Shown in pieces: positions 9,532 to 18,926 of a stretch of DNA of 64,000 nt (position 1 is its first letter; the number at the start of each line of letters is the position of its first letter). Below the pieces are notes generated by a model. That model had not been told where the DNA came from and did not search any database. It saw nothing but the letters and a program-made list of their open reading frames with translations. The DNA comes from an uncultured Micavibrio sp. GTDB taxonomy: Bacteria; Pseudomonadota; Alphaproteobacteria; Micavibrionales; UBA1664. Made by a program: the position numbers and the translations under genes. The stretch covers positions 9,306 through 73,305 of the forward strand of contig CAZHEE010000006.1 of assembly GCA_964531715.1 (NCBI GenBank), written 5' to 3'.

Positions 9532-10200
9532 ATGTTAGGTGAAATATACGATTTTGATAACGCTATTTACCCTGACCCAGAAATAAAAAACGAAGTATTT
9601 CTAAGAGCAGCTATAGAGGCCGCCATATTATTAAGGCCTAATTTATCAAAAGAAGTTATAGAAGAAAAAGCCAAAAACTCATACAAAAAATATGGAACAG
9701 ATTTTGGTGTGTTTGTGGAAGAATTTGATATTCCTATTTCTGAGATACATCCATTATACCATCGTTTAGCGATGGAAGAGATATTCGATGCTGTTAATAT
9801 TGACGAAGATGTTATTAAACATTTTGAAGGAAGGTTATTAGTTGGATTGCCTTTTTCAATAGTAACGCATGGGAGCTTGGAATGGTTATTACACGGACTA
9901 AAAAAATTAAAAATATCGAATTTATTTAGGCAAGATTTTTTATATGCTGTTGATATGCCAGAAATAAATTACCGGCATAAACATGAATCTAACGATGCAT
10001 TATGTATGGCTGCTCGTGCAATGGGTTTAAAAGACATAAGCCAGACAAGGTTTTTTGATGATTCAAGAAAAAACCTTAAAATGGCAAGAGAAGGTTGTGC
10101 CGAAACCGTTCTTGTGCATTGGGGGCATGATATACCTCAGCAAGATGATCAAAGTTATATTTCTAGAAAAGTAAACCATATATCTGACTATACACTTTAA
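9532..10200 (+). CDS. HAD-superfamily hydrolase, pyrimidine 5'-nucleotidase-like
   Basis: Motif I DFDNAIYP, cap YKKYGT, motif II VTHG, motif III K, motif [19 protein letters not shown]. Confidence 0.78.
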   Translation: MLGEIYDFDNAIYPDPEIKNEVFLRAAIEAAILLRPNLSKEVIEEKAKNSYKKYGTDFGVFVEEFDIPISEIHPLYHRLAMEEIFDAVNIDEDVIKHFEGRLLVGLPFSIVTHGSLEWLLHGLKKLKISNLFRQDFLYAVDMPEINYRHKHESNDALCMAARAMGLKDISQTRFFDDSRKNLKMAREGCAETVLVHWGHDIPQQDDQSYISRKVNHISDYTL

Positions 10201-10223
10201 TTATTTTGATGCATAAAATAGCT

Positions 10224-11777
10224 ATGCATCATGATCATATATTAATTCTCGATTTTGGCTCTCAAGTGACACAGCTTATCGCGCGGCGGGTGCGGGAGCA
10301 TGGTGTTTACTGTGAAATTTGGCCGTTTAACGATGCCTCACTAGAGCGTATTAAAAAATTTCAGCCTAAGGCAATTATCCTCTCGGGCGGGCCTGCAAGC
10401 GTGACAGAGCCAGGCTCCCCCCGCGCTCCTGCCGAAATTTTTGAGATGGGCATTCCAATCCTCGGCATTTGTTATGGACAACAAACGCTTGTCGAACAAC
10501 TGGGCGGCACAGTCGAGGCAGGGCATCACCGCGAATTTGGCCGCGCCGAGATTGCGATTACCCAAAATTGCGCCCTTTTCGGCAGTACATGGACAGAAGG
10601 CTCCACCCCGACCGTCTGGATGAGCCATGGCGACCGCGTCACGAAAATCCCTGAAGGCTTTGAGATTGTCGCAACCTCAAAAGGCGCACCATGCGCGATT
10701 ATCGCGGATGAAAGCCGCCATTTTTACGGCATACAATTCCATCCCGAGGTCATGCACACCCAAAACGGGTCGGACATTATCCGCAATTTTGTGATTGAAA
10801 TTGCAGGCTGCTCAGGTGACTGGACCATGGCGTCCTACAAGGAAGAAGCAATTGCAAAAATCCGCGCGCAAGTCGGTCGTGAGAAAGTGATTTGCGGCCT
10901 GTCAGGAGGCGTGGACAGCTCGGTTGCCGCCGTTCTCATCCATGAAGCCATCGGCGATCAGCTCACCTGTATCTATGTCGATACGGGCATGATGCGCAAG
11001 GGTGAGAGCGACCAAGTCGTGAAGCTGTTCCGCGACCATTATAATATTCCGCTTATTCACGAGGATGCGAGCGACCTTTTCTTAAGCAAACTTGAGGGCT
11101 TGGATGACCCTGAAAAGAAACGCAAAATTATCGGTAATACATTTATTGATGTGTTTGATGCATGTGCCTCGCGCATTGGCGGCGCAGATTGGCTGGCGCA
11201 AGGCACGCTCTATCCCGATGTTATTGAAAGTGTGAGCTTTACTGGCGGGCCAAGTGTTACGATTAAATCGCATCATAATGTGGGTGGTTTGCCCGAAAAG
11301 ATGAATCTCAAAATCCTTGAGCCACTCCGCGAATTATTTAAAGATGAGGTGCGCGATTTGGGGCGGACATTGGGTTTGCATGATGATTTCGTATCGCGCC
11401 ATCCTTTTCCCGGGCCGGGCTTGGCGGTGCGTTGCCCGGGGGAGATTACGCGTGAGAAGCTGAATATTTTAAGGGAAGCCGATGCGGTTTACCTCGACGC
11501 TATTCGCGAAGAAGGCTTATATAATGAGATTTGGCAGGCCTTTGCCGTTCTCCTCCCTGTTCGGACTGTCGGTGTGATGGGTGACGGGCGGACATATGAT
11601 TATGCCTGCGCCTTGCGGGCGGTAACGTCTACGGACGGTATGACGGCGGATTTTTACCCGTTTGAAATGGATTTTTTGAGCCGTGTTGCAACGCGTATTA
11701 TTAATGAAGTGCGCGGCATTAATCGTGTCACATATGACATTACATCCAAACCCCCCGGCACGATTGAATGGGAATAA
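10224..11777 (+). CDS. guaA: GMP synthase (glutamine-hydrolysing)
   Basis: Motifs [34 protein letters not shown] and KPPGTIEWE. Start may be 10206, 10209 or 10224. Confidence 0.98.
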   Translation: MHHDHILILDFGSQVTQLIARRVREHGVYCEIWPFNDASLERIKKFQPKAIILSGGPASVTEPGSPRAPAEIFEMGIPILGICYGQQTLVEQLGGTVEAGHHREFGRAEIAITQNCALFGSTWTEGSTPTVWMSHGDRVTKIPEGFEIVATSKGAPCAIIADESRHFYGIQFHPEVMHTQNGSDIIRNFVIEIAGCSGDWTMASYKEEAIAKIRAQVGREKVICGLSGGVDSSVAAVLIHEAIGDQLTCIYVDTGMMRKGESDQVVKLFRDHYNIPLIHEDASDLFLSKLEGLDDPEKKRKIIGNTFIDVFDACASRIGGADWLAQGTLYPDVIESVSFTGGPSVTIKSHHNVGGLPEKMNLKILEPLRELFKDEVRDLGRTLGLHDDFVSRHPFPGPGLAVRCPGEITREKLNILREADAVYLDAIREEGLYNEIWQAFAVLLPVRTVGVMGDGRTYDYACALRAVTSTDGMTADFYPFEMDFLSRVATRIINEVRGINRVTYDITSKPPGTIEWE

Positions 11778-11948
11778 ACAAGCTTATAAATTGCCCATGC
11801 AGATGCATTTAATGACCAGGAGCATGCGCGTATTTTTATAGTATGCGTAAACTTTAGAGATTGGTTAAAAGGCGATGATTTCCTCTTTTCATTTTGGCTC
11901 ACTTGGCGTAATTGTTATTTTTAACACCATAATGCAGGATGAAACATA

Positions 11949-13259
11949 ATGACCGCGCTCGCCCAAACACTTGATAATGATTATAAAGTTGCCGATATGA
12001 CGCTCGCCGCATGGGGGCGAAAGGAAATTGACATTGCCGAAAGCGAGATGCCCGGCCTGATGGCCTTGCGTGAAGAATATGGTGAGGCGCAACCCTTAAA
12101 AGGGGCAAGGATTGTCGGCTGCCTCCACATGACAATCCAAACAGCCGTTTTGATTGAGACTTTGACAGCCCTTGGTGCAAGCGTGCGCTGGTCATCCTGT
12201 AATATCTATTCAACACAAGATCACGCGGCGGCGGCCATGGCGGCTTCCGGCATTCCTGTTTTTGCATGGAAAGGTGAAACCGAGGAGGAATACGACTGGT
12301 GCATTCACCAGACAATTAAAGGGCCTGATGGCTGGACACCGAATATGATCCTCGATGATGGCGGTGATTTGACCGTGATGATGCATGAGGATTATCCCGA
12401 CCTGATGGCCGATGTGAAAGGTATATCGGAGGAAACAACAACGGGTGTTCTTCGCCTTTACGAGATGGAGAAGGCAGGCACATTAAAATGCCCGGCGATT
12501 AACGTGAATGACTCGGTCACGAAATCGAAATTCGATAATAAATATGGTTGCCGTGAAAGCCTTGTTGACGGTATTCGCCGCGCAACCGATGTTATGTTGG
12601 CGGGAAAAGTCGCCGTAGTCGCGGGCTTTGGCGATGTCGGGAAAGGCTCTGCCGAATCCCTGCGCTCCCAAGGGTGTCGGGTGCTTGTGACCGAAATTGA
12701 CCCGATTTGCGCACTTCAGGCCGCGATGGAAGGTTTTGAGGTCGTGACAATGGACAAGGCCGCACCACGCGGTGATATCTTTGTCACCACGACAGGCAAT
12801 AAAGACATCATCACAATGGATCACATGCGTGACATGAAAGACCGCGCCATTGTCTGTAATATCGGGCATTTCGACAATGAAATTCAGGTCGAGCCATTGC
12901 GCAATTTAAAATGGACAAATATCAAACCTCAGGTTGACGAGATTGAATTTCCTGACGGAAAGCGGATGATTCTGTTGGCCGAAGGGCGATTGGTCAATCT
13001 CGGTTGTGCGACCGGGCATCCGTCATTTGTGATGAGCGCGTCTTTCACAAATCAGACTTTGGCGCAGATTGAGCTATGGAAAAACTTTGACAATTACGAT
13101 AATAAAGTTTATGTTTTACCTAAACATCTGGATGAAAAGGTTGCACGGCTTCATCTTGAGAAGCTCGGGGTTGAGTTGGAAGAATTAAGTAAAGAGCAAG
13201 CAGACTATATCGGGGTGGATGTTCAGGGACCGTTTAAGAAAGATGAATATCGTTATTAG
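11949..13259 (+). CDS. ahcY: Adenosylhomocysteinase
   Basis: Motifs [37 protein letters not shown] and GHPSFVMS. Confidence 0.98.
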   Translation: MTALAQTLDNDYKVADMTLAAWGRKEIDIAESEMPGLMALREEYGEAQPLKGARIVGCLHMTIQTAVLIETLTALGASVRWSSCNIYSTQDHAAAAMAASGIPVFAWKGETEEEYDWCIHQTIKGPDGWTPNMILDDGGDLTVMMHEDYPDLMADVKGISEETTTGVLRLYEMEKAGTLKCPAINVNDSVTKSKFDNKYGCRESLVDGIRRATDVMLAGKVAVVAGFGDVGKGSAESLRSQGCRVLVTEIDPICALQAAMEGFEVVTMDKAAPRGDIFVTTTGNKDIITMDHMRDMKDRAIVCNIGHFDNEIQVEPLRNLKWTNIKPQVDEIEFPDGKRMILLAEGRLVNLGCATGHPSFVMSASFTNQTLAQIELWKNFDNYDNKVYVLPKHLDEKVARLHLEKLGVELEELSKEQADYIGVDVQGPFKKDEYRY

Positions 13260-13271
13260 GGAATAGGGATA

Positions 13272-13721
13272 ATGCAGGCAGAGAAAATAAAATTTAAACG
13301 CGGGCAGGTTGTCGGTAACAGTTTTGACGGTAATCTTGACCGCTTGGAAAGACAGCAAGCACCAACGCTTATATTACAAAACGGACAAGTTGTAACTTTG
13401 AATGAAAGCCATGTTCGATATGGCCCGGGCGGGCAGATTGTTGCCCTTACTACTCAAGGTGAAAAAGCACTTGAGCAGGCGCAAAAGCAGGCTCCAGCGA
13501 ATAAAGTCACCGCCCCAAATATGGATGATGTCGTGTTGTTTAAAAGGCAGGAAATTAAAGACCCTCTAATGTTAACGCCTAAAATGAAGCGTTTATTGGG
13601 TAAATACGGCGTGAAAATGGTGCGTTTGGCATCGCGGGAAGAAGAGTATGGCTTAAAAGCTGCAAATAGTCCGCATGCCCCACGATATAAAGCCGCCAAA
13701 TATTATTTTGACATATTTTAA
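13272..13721 (+). CDS. Hypothetical protein
   Basis: 149-aa ORF 12 nt after ahcY, with a GGGA-rich upstream region. No recognised domain. Confidence 0.65.
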   Translation: MQAEKIKFKRGQVVGNSFDGNLDRLERQQAPTLILQNGQVVTLNESHVRYGPGGQIVALTTQGEKALEQAQKQAPANKVTAPNMDDVVLFKRQEIKDPLMLTPKMKRLLGKYGVKMVRLASREEEYGLKAANSPHAPRYKAAKYYFDIF

Positions 13722-13761
13722 AATTTAGAGTATTATAGAAAGAAAATTACGGAGATTTAAA

Positions 13762-15444
13762 ATGCCAGATGGTAGTAATTTTTATGGTAACGCTTTTATA
13801 TTTGACCATAGTGATTTAACCTTCAGAATAAAATGGTTGACCACGCGTGCTCTTTTATCTTCTGATACTGCAGGAAACGTTAGTGATGATGTGTATAGTA
13901 AAGCTGCTTCTTTTGTAGGAAGATATCTTCCTGAATTAAAGGATCCTATCGCCGCCAGAGTAAAAGAATTACAAAATGCCAATGAATTAAATTCAGAAAA
14001 TATAAGTGACTTCGATAAACAAATTGCAAATATTGTATCTCAAGTAGAAGACTCTGATTTTGATGAAGCGGATAAATTAGGTTTCGCAGAGGCAATCAAA
14101 AAAGATTTAGCGTCACAACAATTAAATGTAGTAGGTGATTTTATTATAGATGGCAATGGAATGTCTGTGGGGACAACTTTATCTGAAGAAGACATGGCTA
14201 AACTTAATAAAAACATAAAACGCCTTTTAGATTATCAAATAGATTTAAATCAAGGTAATTCAAAAGCCGTTGAGGCTCTGCAAAAAATAAAATCTGATAG
14301 TTTATCTGGAATAGCCAAATATATATCTGAATACGCACCTGATGTTTCAGATAAAATTGTTAATTTTGATTTTGAAAACCAAGAAGCATCAGTTGGTTAT
14401 CTATCATTAATGATGCGCAATGTTGCTTCATTCTTATCAAAAGACCCTTCTGATGAATTAAAAGAAAAAAGAGCGAAAGCTTTTTCTGGTCAATTAGTTA
14501 GCATTCAAAAAATGCAAGATAAGGCGGACGCTCAACAAGCTTCTCAAGAAGAACAATCTTCCGCTGAATTAAAGGGAGAAAATATTAATACGGTTGATTT
14601 TGATAAATTAGTAAATCAATATAAAAGTTCACCGCCCGTCGGTTTTTGGACACGAAAAATGCTTGGCACAGGTAAGAAAGGTATGATCGGTGATAGCTCG
14701 AAAACGGCGCAAAATAATGGACGGCTTTTAAAGGATTATATTGGCGATGACCAGAAATTTTACGCTTATCAAGTAGCTTTAGGTAACATTAAAAAAGAAG
14801 ATGCACTAAAATTACTTGGCGCTACAGGTGAAACTCCAAAACCAGCTGAACCTGCTGCACAACAATCTCAGCCACCGATGAATTTAGCTATAAGTGAAGA
14901 ACCTGCGGATGCTGGCGAACAGAAACCTGCTCAAGCAAAAACGCCTGTACAGGCTGCAGAAGAAGCGAAAAAAGCACCTTTAGTATTAGAGGCTGCTCAC
15001 CGTGTGGATGAAAAGCGTGTTATGTTTCAATCTAAACGCGCCGCAAAAGCTAGAGAAAATTCTTTGCTTGGTGATGTTATTCCTGATGAGCCGTCCGAGG
15101 AAGAAATATTATCTCAAGGGTGGGTAAATCAAACTAAGACTGTAGAGGCGGTCATGACTAATCCATTCAAGGCTATTGAGACAAATGGTGGTGATAATCA
15201 ACCTCTGCAATCTCAAAAGCTATCGGGGGCGGATGAATGGGATGTTTATATAGCCAAGCAAAAACAAAAACGCAACTTTAATGATCCTTTACAGTCAAAA
15301 CCAGAAGAAGATACTGAACAAATCTCTTTTAAGAGAACTAAAAAAGGTGACCCTAGAATTGATAGAAAGAAAGCAGGTCGTTTACATACTGAAAATAAAA
15401 CGCGAGGGCGCAGAGGCCCTTTCAGAAGAATTGGTCCAGCTTAA
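13762..15444 (+). CDS. Hypothetical helical/low-complexity protein with basic C-terminus
   Basis: 560-aa ORF with GGAG RBS and AT-rich codons; contains a Pro/Ala/Glu/Gln linker and an Arg/Lys-rich tail. Confidence 0.75.
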   Translation: MPDGSNFYGNAFIFDHSDLTFRIKWLTTRALLSSDTAGNVSDDVYSKAASFVGRYLPELKDPIAARVKELQNANELNSENISDFDKQIANIVSQVEDSDFDEADKLGFAEAIKKDLASQQLNVVGDFIIDGNGMSVGTTLSEEDMAKLNKNIKRLLDYQIDLNQGNSKAVEALQKIKSDSLSGIAKYISEYAPDVSDKIVNFDFENQEASVGYLSLMMRNVASFLSKDPSDELKEKRAKAFSGQLVSIQKMQDKADAQQASQEEQSSAELKGENINTVDFDKLVNQYKSSPPVGFWTRKMLGTGKKGMIGDSSKTAQNNGRLLKDYIGDDQKFYAYQVALGNIKKEDALKLLGATGETPKPAEPAAQQSQPPMNLAISEEPADAGEQKPAQAKTPVQAAEEAKKAPLVLEAAHRVDEKRVMFQSKRAAKARENSLLGDVIPDEPSEEEILSQGWVNQTKTVEAVMTNPFKAIETNGGDNQPLQSQKLSGADEWDVYIAKQKQKRNFNDPLQSKPEEDTEQISFKRTKKGDPRIDRKKAGRLHTENKTRGRRGPFRRIGPA

Positions 15445-15501
15445 TCAAACATAAACAAACCGATATAGCCATCCTATAAAACCCGTGATATCTTATAAAT
15501 C

Positions 15502-17775
15502 ATGGGTTTTTTATCATTCGGGTTAAAGGAGAAGCAGGAAAAAAGGCGGCTTGAGGCCTTCCTCAATGCCCTTCCGCATGAATATTGTGGCTGGGGGCGC
15601 GACGGTACCGTCATCTGGTCAAAGAATTTCCCCCATCTGTTCGACCTTGCGACAATCCAGACCATACGCGACATTCAAAACGCGATTTTACCGTCCGATG
15701 CCGCCGCGTTGGAGGGTATGATCTACACGCTTAAAAATGACCGCGAGCCATTCTCGCTCAAGGTTCAAACGGTTGAGAGCATGAAAACCCTCATCATTCA
15801 CGGACAAGAGGGCAGCGACCTTGACGGGCTTGACAGTTATGATGTGCTTTGGGTTGAGGATGCGACACAGGACATGCACGCGCTCAACGCGCTTCGTGAT
15901 GATATTGATGGCTTAAATTCAGATATACAACTGTATCAAATAATTCTTGATGCGCTCCCGCAAGCAGTCTGGACAAGCGATGACCGCCAGAAAATCCGCT
16001 ATCACAATAAGCTTTATAAAGATATTCTTAAATCCGAAAGCGAGGCTGACCTCATCGGACATCAGGATAATTTTAACCCTGTTTTATCCGATGCACAGAA
16101 ATTATCAGTGTCCGAAATGGCAAAGCAGAGCCTGAATTCAGGCGAAGCTGACCATTCAAAGGGACGCATGATTATCAATGGTAAACGCCGTATGCTCGAT
16201 ATTCATGTCACGCCATCCCCTAAAGAAGAGTATACGATTTTATCCGCCTATGACATAACAGAGCAGGAAAATCTTAAGGTCGAACTAGACCGCTATGTTG
16301 CCGCGAATGCCAGTTTGCTTGAAAACCTCTCAACGGCGATTGCCATCTTTCGCGCTGACCACCATTTGGAGTTTTATAATCAAGGGTTCTCAACCCTTTG
16401 GGGGCTTGAAGACCAATGGCTCAACAGCAATCCAACGCTAGGTGATGTGTTAGAGAAATTGCGGGAAATGCGCCGCCTGCCCGAGCAAGCGAATTTCCGC
16501 GATTATAAAAAGGGCTGGCTTGACATGTTCACCGCCCTGATTGATCAAAAGCAGGAGATGCTCTATCTGCCTGATGGCTTGGCGGTGCGCGTGACAATTG
16601 TGGCTCACCCTATGGGTGGCCTGATGATGACATTTGAGGATGTGACAAGCCGGCTGGAGCTTGAATCCTCTTACAACACATTGATTGCGGTTCAAAAGGA
16701 AACGCTTGATAATCTGTCTGACGGCGTGGCGGTATTCGGCAGTGATGCGCGATTGCGCTTTTGTAATCCTGCTTACCTACGGCAATGGGCGTTAAACCCA
16801 GAGGATACCGAGACTCACCCGCATGTTAATGAATTGATAGAAAAGAAAAAACGGTTCTTTAAAGGTAAGAATGCAAATTGGGATGATATCAAACAACGTC
16901 TGACCCATTATGTGATATCCCGCAGCGATTTGAATGAAAATATCACCCGCACGGACGGGATTGTCCTTGAATGTAATGCAGTCTCGCTCCCTGATGGGGC
17001 TGTGATGGTGACTTATCGCAATGTCACGGATAGTGTTCGCGTTCGCCATGCGCTTGAGGAAAAGAACCAGGCATTGATGGATGCGGAGAAGTTAAAAACT
17101 GATTTCCTGGCTAATGTGTCTTATCAGCTCCGTACGCCGCTCAATGCCATTTCAGGCTTTGCCGAGATTTTGAACCATGAGTATTTCGGCGATATTAATG
17201 ATAAGCAACGCGAATATACGCAAGGCATCACAGACGCGGCGGAGCGGCTTGCCTCGCTGATTGATGATGTGCTTGACTTATCCTCGATTGAGGCGGGTTA
17301 TCTCCGCCTTGATAAGAATGAGACTGATATCACAATATTGATGGAGAGTGTCTATAACCTGACACGCGAATGGGCGGGGATGGAGACGCTCAGGATTATA
17401 TATACTGCCCCTAAGCATGCGATAGAGCCGCTCTATCTGGATGACCGCCGCATGAAACAGGCCATTGTCAATATTATTCGCAATGCGATCAGTTACACAC
17501 CTTCAGGGGGTATCATTACATTGAAGGTAAAAGATGAGGCAGAAAGAGTGCTAATCACTATAACAGATACAGGCATTGGCATCCCCGAGGATGAGAAAGA
17601 TAAAATCTTCGAGCCATTCAAACGAATAACCGCAGGTGAGGAAGGCGCGGCGCGGCCTCATACAGGGTTGGGTTTGTCCCTCGCCAAAAATATCATTGCC
17701 ATGCATGACGGTGATATTACTGTCGAGAGTGTCCTCGGCGAAGGCACAACGGTTATAATTGCCCTGCCGAAGTAG
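15502..17775 (+). CDS. divL: PAS-domain histidine-kinase-like protein DivL (Tyr in place of the phospho-His)
   Basis: H-box FLANVSYQLRTPL with Y, several PAS-like repeats and HATPase N/G boxes. Occupies the usual position between ahcY and tsaE. Confidence 0.85.
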   Translation: MGFLSFGLKEKQEKRRLEAFLNALPHEYCGWGRDGTVIWSKNFPHLFDLATIQTIRDIQNAILPSDAAALEGMIYTLKNDREPFSLKVQTVESMKTLIIHGQEGSDLDGLDSYDVLWVEDATQDMHALNALRDDIDGLNSDIQLYQIILDALPQAVWTSDDRQKIRYHNKLYKDILKSESEADLIGHQDNFNPVLSDAQKLSVSEMAKQSLNSGEADHSKGRMIINGKRRMLDIHVTPSPKEEYTILSAYDITEQENLKVELDRYVAANASLLENLSTAIAIFRADHHLEFYNQGFSTLWGLEDQWLNSNPTLGDVLEKLREMRRLPEQANFRDYKKGWLDMFTALIDQKQEMLYLPDGLAVRVTIVAHPMGGLMMTFEDVTSRLELESSYNTLIAVQKETLDNLSDGVAVFGSDARLRFCNPAYLRQWALNPEDTETHPHVNELIEKKKRFFKGKNANWDDIKQRLTHYVISRSDLNENITRTDGIVLECNAVSLPDGAVMVTYRNVTDSVRVRHALEEKNQALMDAEKLKTDFLANVSYQLRTPLNAISGFAEILNHEYFGDINDKQREYTQGITDAAERLASLIDDVLDLSSIEAGYLRLDKNETDITILMESVYNLTREWAGMETLRIIYTAPKHAIEPLYLDDRRMKQAIVNIIRNAISYTPSGGIITLKVKDEAERVLITITDTGIGIPEDEKDKIFEPFKRITAGEEGAARPHTGLGLSLAKNIIAMHDGDITVESVLGEGTTVIIALPK

Positions 17776-17781
17776 GTTGAC

Positions 17782-18201
17782 TTGAAACAAGACTGGATTT
17801 GCAAAAATGAAGAAGAAACCGCGAGAGCGGCAGAGGAGCTTGCGGATAATCTCGTTTACCCTGCAATCATCTGCCTGCATGGCAATATGGGGGCGGGTAA
17901 GACAGCTTTCTCGCGCGCATTTATCCGTACCATACTTGATGAGCCTGAATTGGTTGTGCCTAGCCCGACTTTCACATTTCTACAGACTTATGATGATGAG
18001 GCGATTTGGCATTTCGATTTATATCGGTTGGAAGAAACAAATGACCTGTATGAGTTGGGATGGGAGGAAGCCTTGACCGCTAAACTATGTCTGATTGAGT
18101 GGCCTGAGCGTCTCGGCGCTCTTAAACCTGAGAGAGGGATTAATATCACGATTACGGTCTTGGAAAATGACGCGCGGCATATTATTGTCGATAGATGGTA
18201 A
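17782..18201 (+). CDS. tsaE: tRNA t6A biosynthesis ATPase TsaE
   Basis: Motifs GNMGAGKT, VPSPTF, HFDLYRL and LIEWPE. Confidence 0.95.
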   Translation: MKQDWICKNEEETARAAEELADNLVYPAIICLHGNMGAGKTAFSRAFIRTILDEPELVVPSPTFTFLQTYDDEAIWHFDLYRLEETNDLYELGWEEALTAKLCLIEWPERLGALKPERGINITITVLENDARHIIVDRW

Positions 18202-18926
18202 TCAAACAGGCACTTATTATGGCGGCGGGCGAGGCGAAACGCATGCGCCCCTTAACCGATAATCTGCCAAAGCCACTTATTGAAGTAAACAGCCAACCGC
18301 TTTTAACGCATAGTATTCGCCATTTATCTGATGCGGGTGTGACGCGTATTGTCATTAATGGCTATCACGCGATTGAAAAGCTTGAGGCTTATATTGCAAA
18401 AATTGCTGCAGATTACCCTGCAATAGAATTTATTTTGTCAAAAGAAATCGAGCTGCTAGAAACTGGTGGTGGCGCGGTTCAGGCCTTGCAATATTTGGAT
18501 ATTGATCAGCCATTTTATATGATTAACGGTGATGCATTCTGGCAAAATCCGAATAATAGTAACAGCTTAATAAAACTAAGCGATGCGTGGCATAAATTAG
18601 GTAATAAAGCGCGGTTATTGTTATTAGTACAACCCATTGAAACTTTGATGATAGGTTGTGCCGTAGGCGATTATAATTTAATAAACAGCTTGGCACAGCG
18701 CGCGAAAAATCGCGATGGGGCGGCGATGTTTACAGGTATTCGTGTTTGTCATCCCGCTATTTTACAAAAATATAAATCGACATGCTTTTCTTTCCTGAAA
18801 ATTATGGATGAAATGGAGGCGCAAGGTGCACTTCACGTACAAATCCATGAAGGTCAATGGTATCATTTAAGCACACCGCAAGATGTTGAGGCGGTCAACG
18901 CGCTTTTGATTGAGAAAGCCGCATGA
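18195..18926 (+). CDS. murU: Nucleotidyltransferase, MurU-like (MurNAc-1-P uridylyltransferase)
   Basis: Motifs IMAAGEAKRMRPLTDNLPKPL, LLETGGG and INGD. Syntenic position between tsaE and addB. Confidence 0.78.
   Translation: MVIKQALIMAAGEAKRMRPLTDNLPKPLIEVNSQPLLTHSIRHLSDAGVTRIVINGYHAIEKLEAYIAKIAADYPAIEFILSKEIELLETGGGAVQALQYLDIDQPFYMINGDAFWQNPNNSNSLIKLSDAWHKLGNKARLLLLVQPIETLMIGCAVGDYNLINSLAQRAKNRDGAAMFTGIRVCHPAILQKYKSTCFSFLKIMDEMEAQGALHVQIHEGQWYHLSTPQDVEAVNALLIEKAA

Noticed and set aside
11778-11948. Possible SAH or SAM-SAH riboswitch upstream of ahcY
   Set aside because: Only a loose GGCTCACTTGGCGT resemblance; the conserved stems and motifs are not recognisable.
17100-17150. Histidine kinase with Tyr instead of the phospho-His, as a novelty
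   Set aside because: This is the known hallmark of DivL, so it is listed as a feature rather than a discovery.
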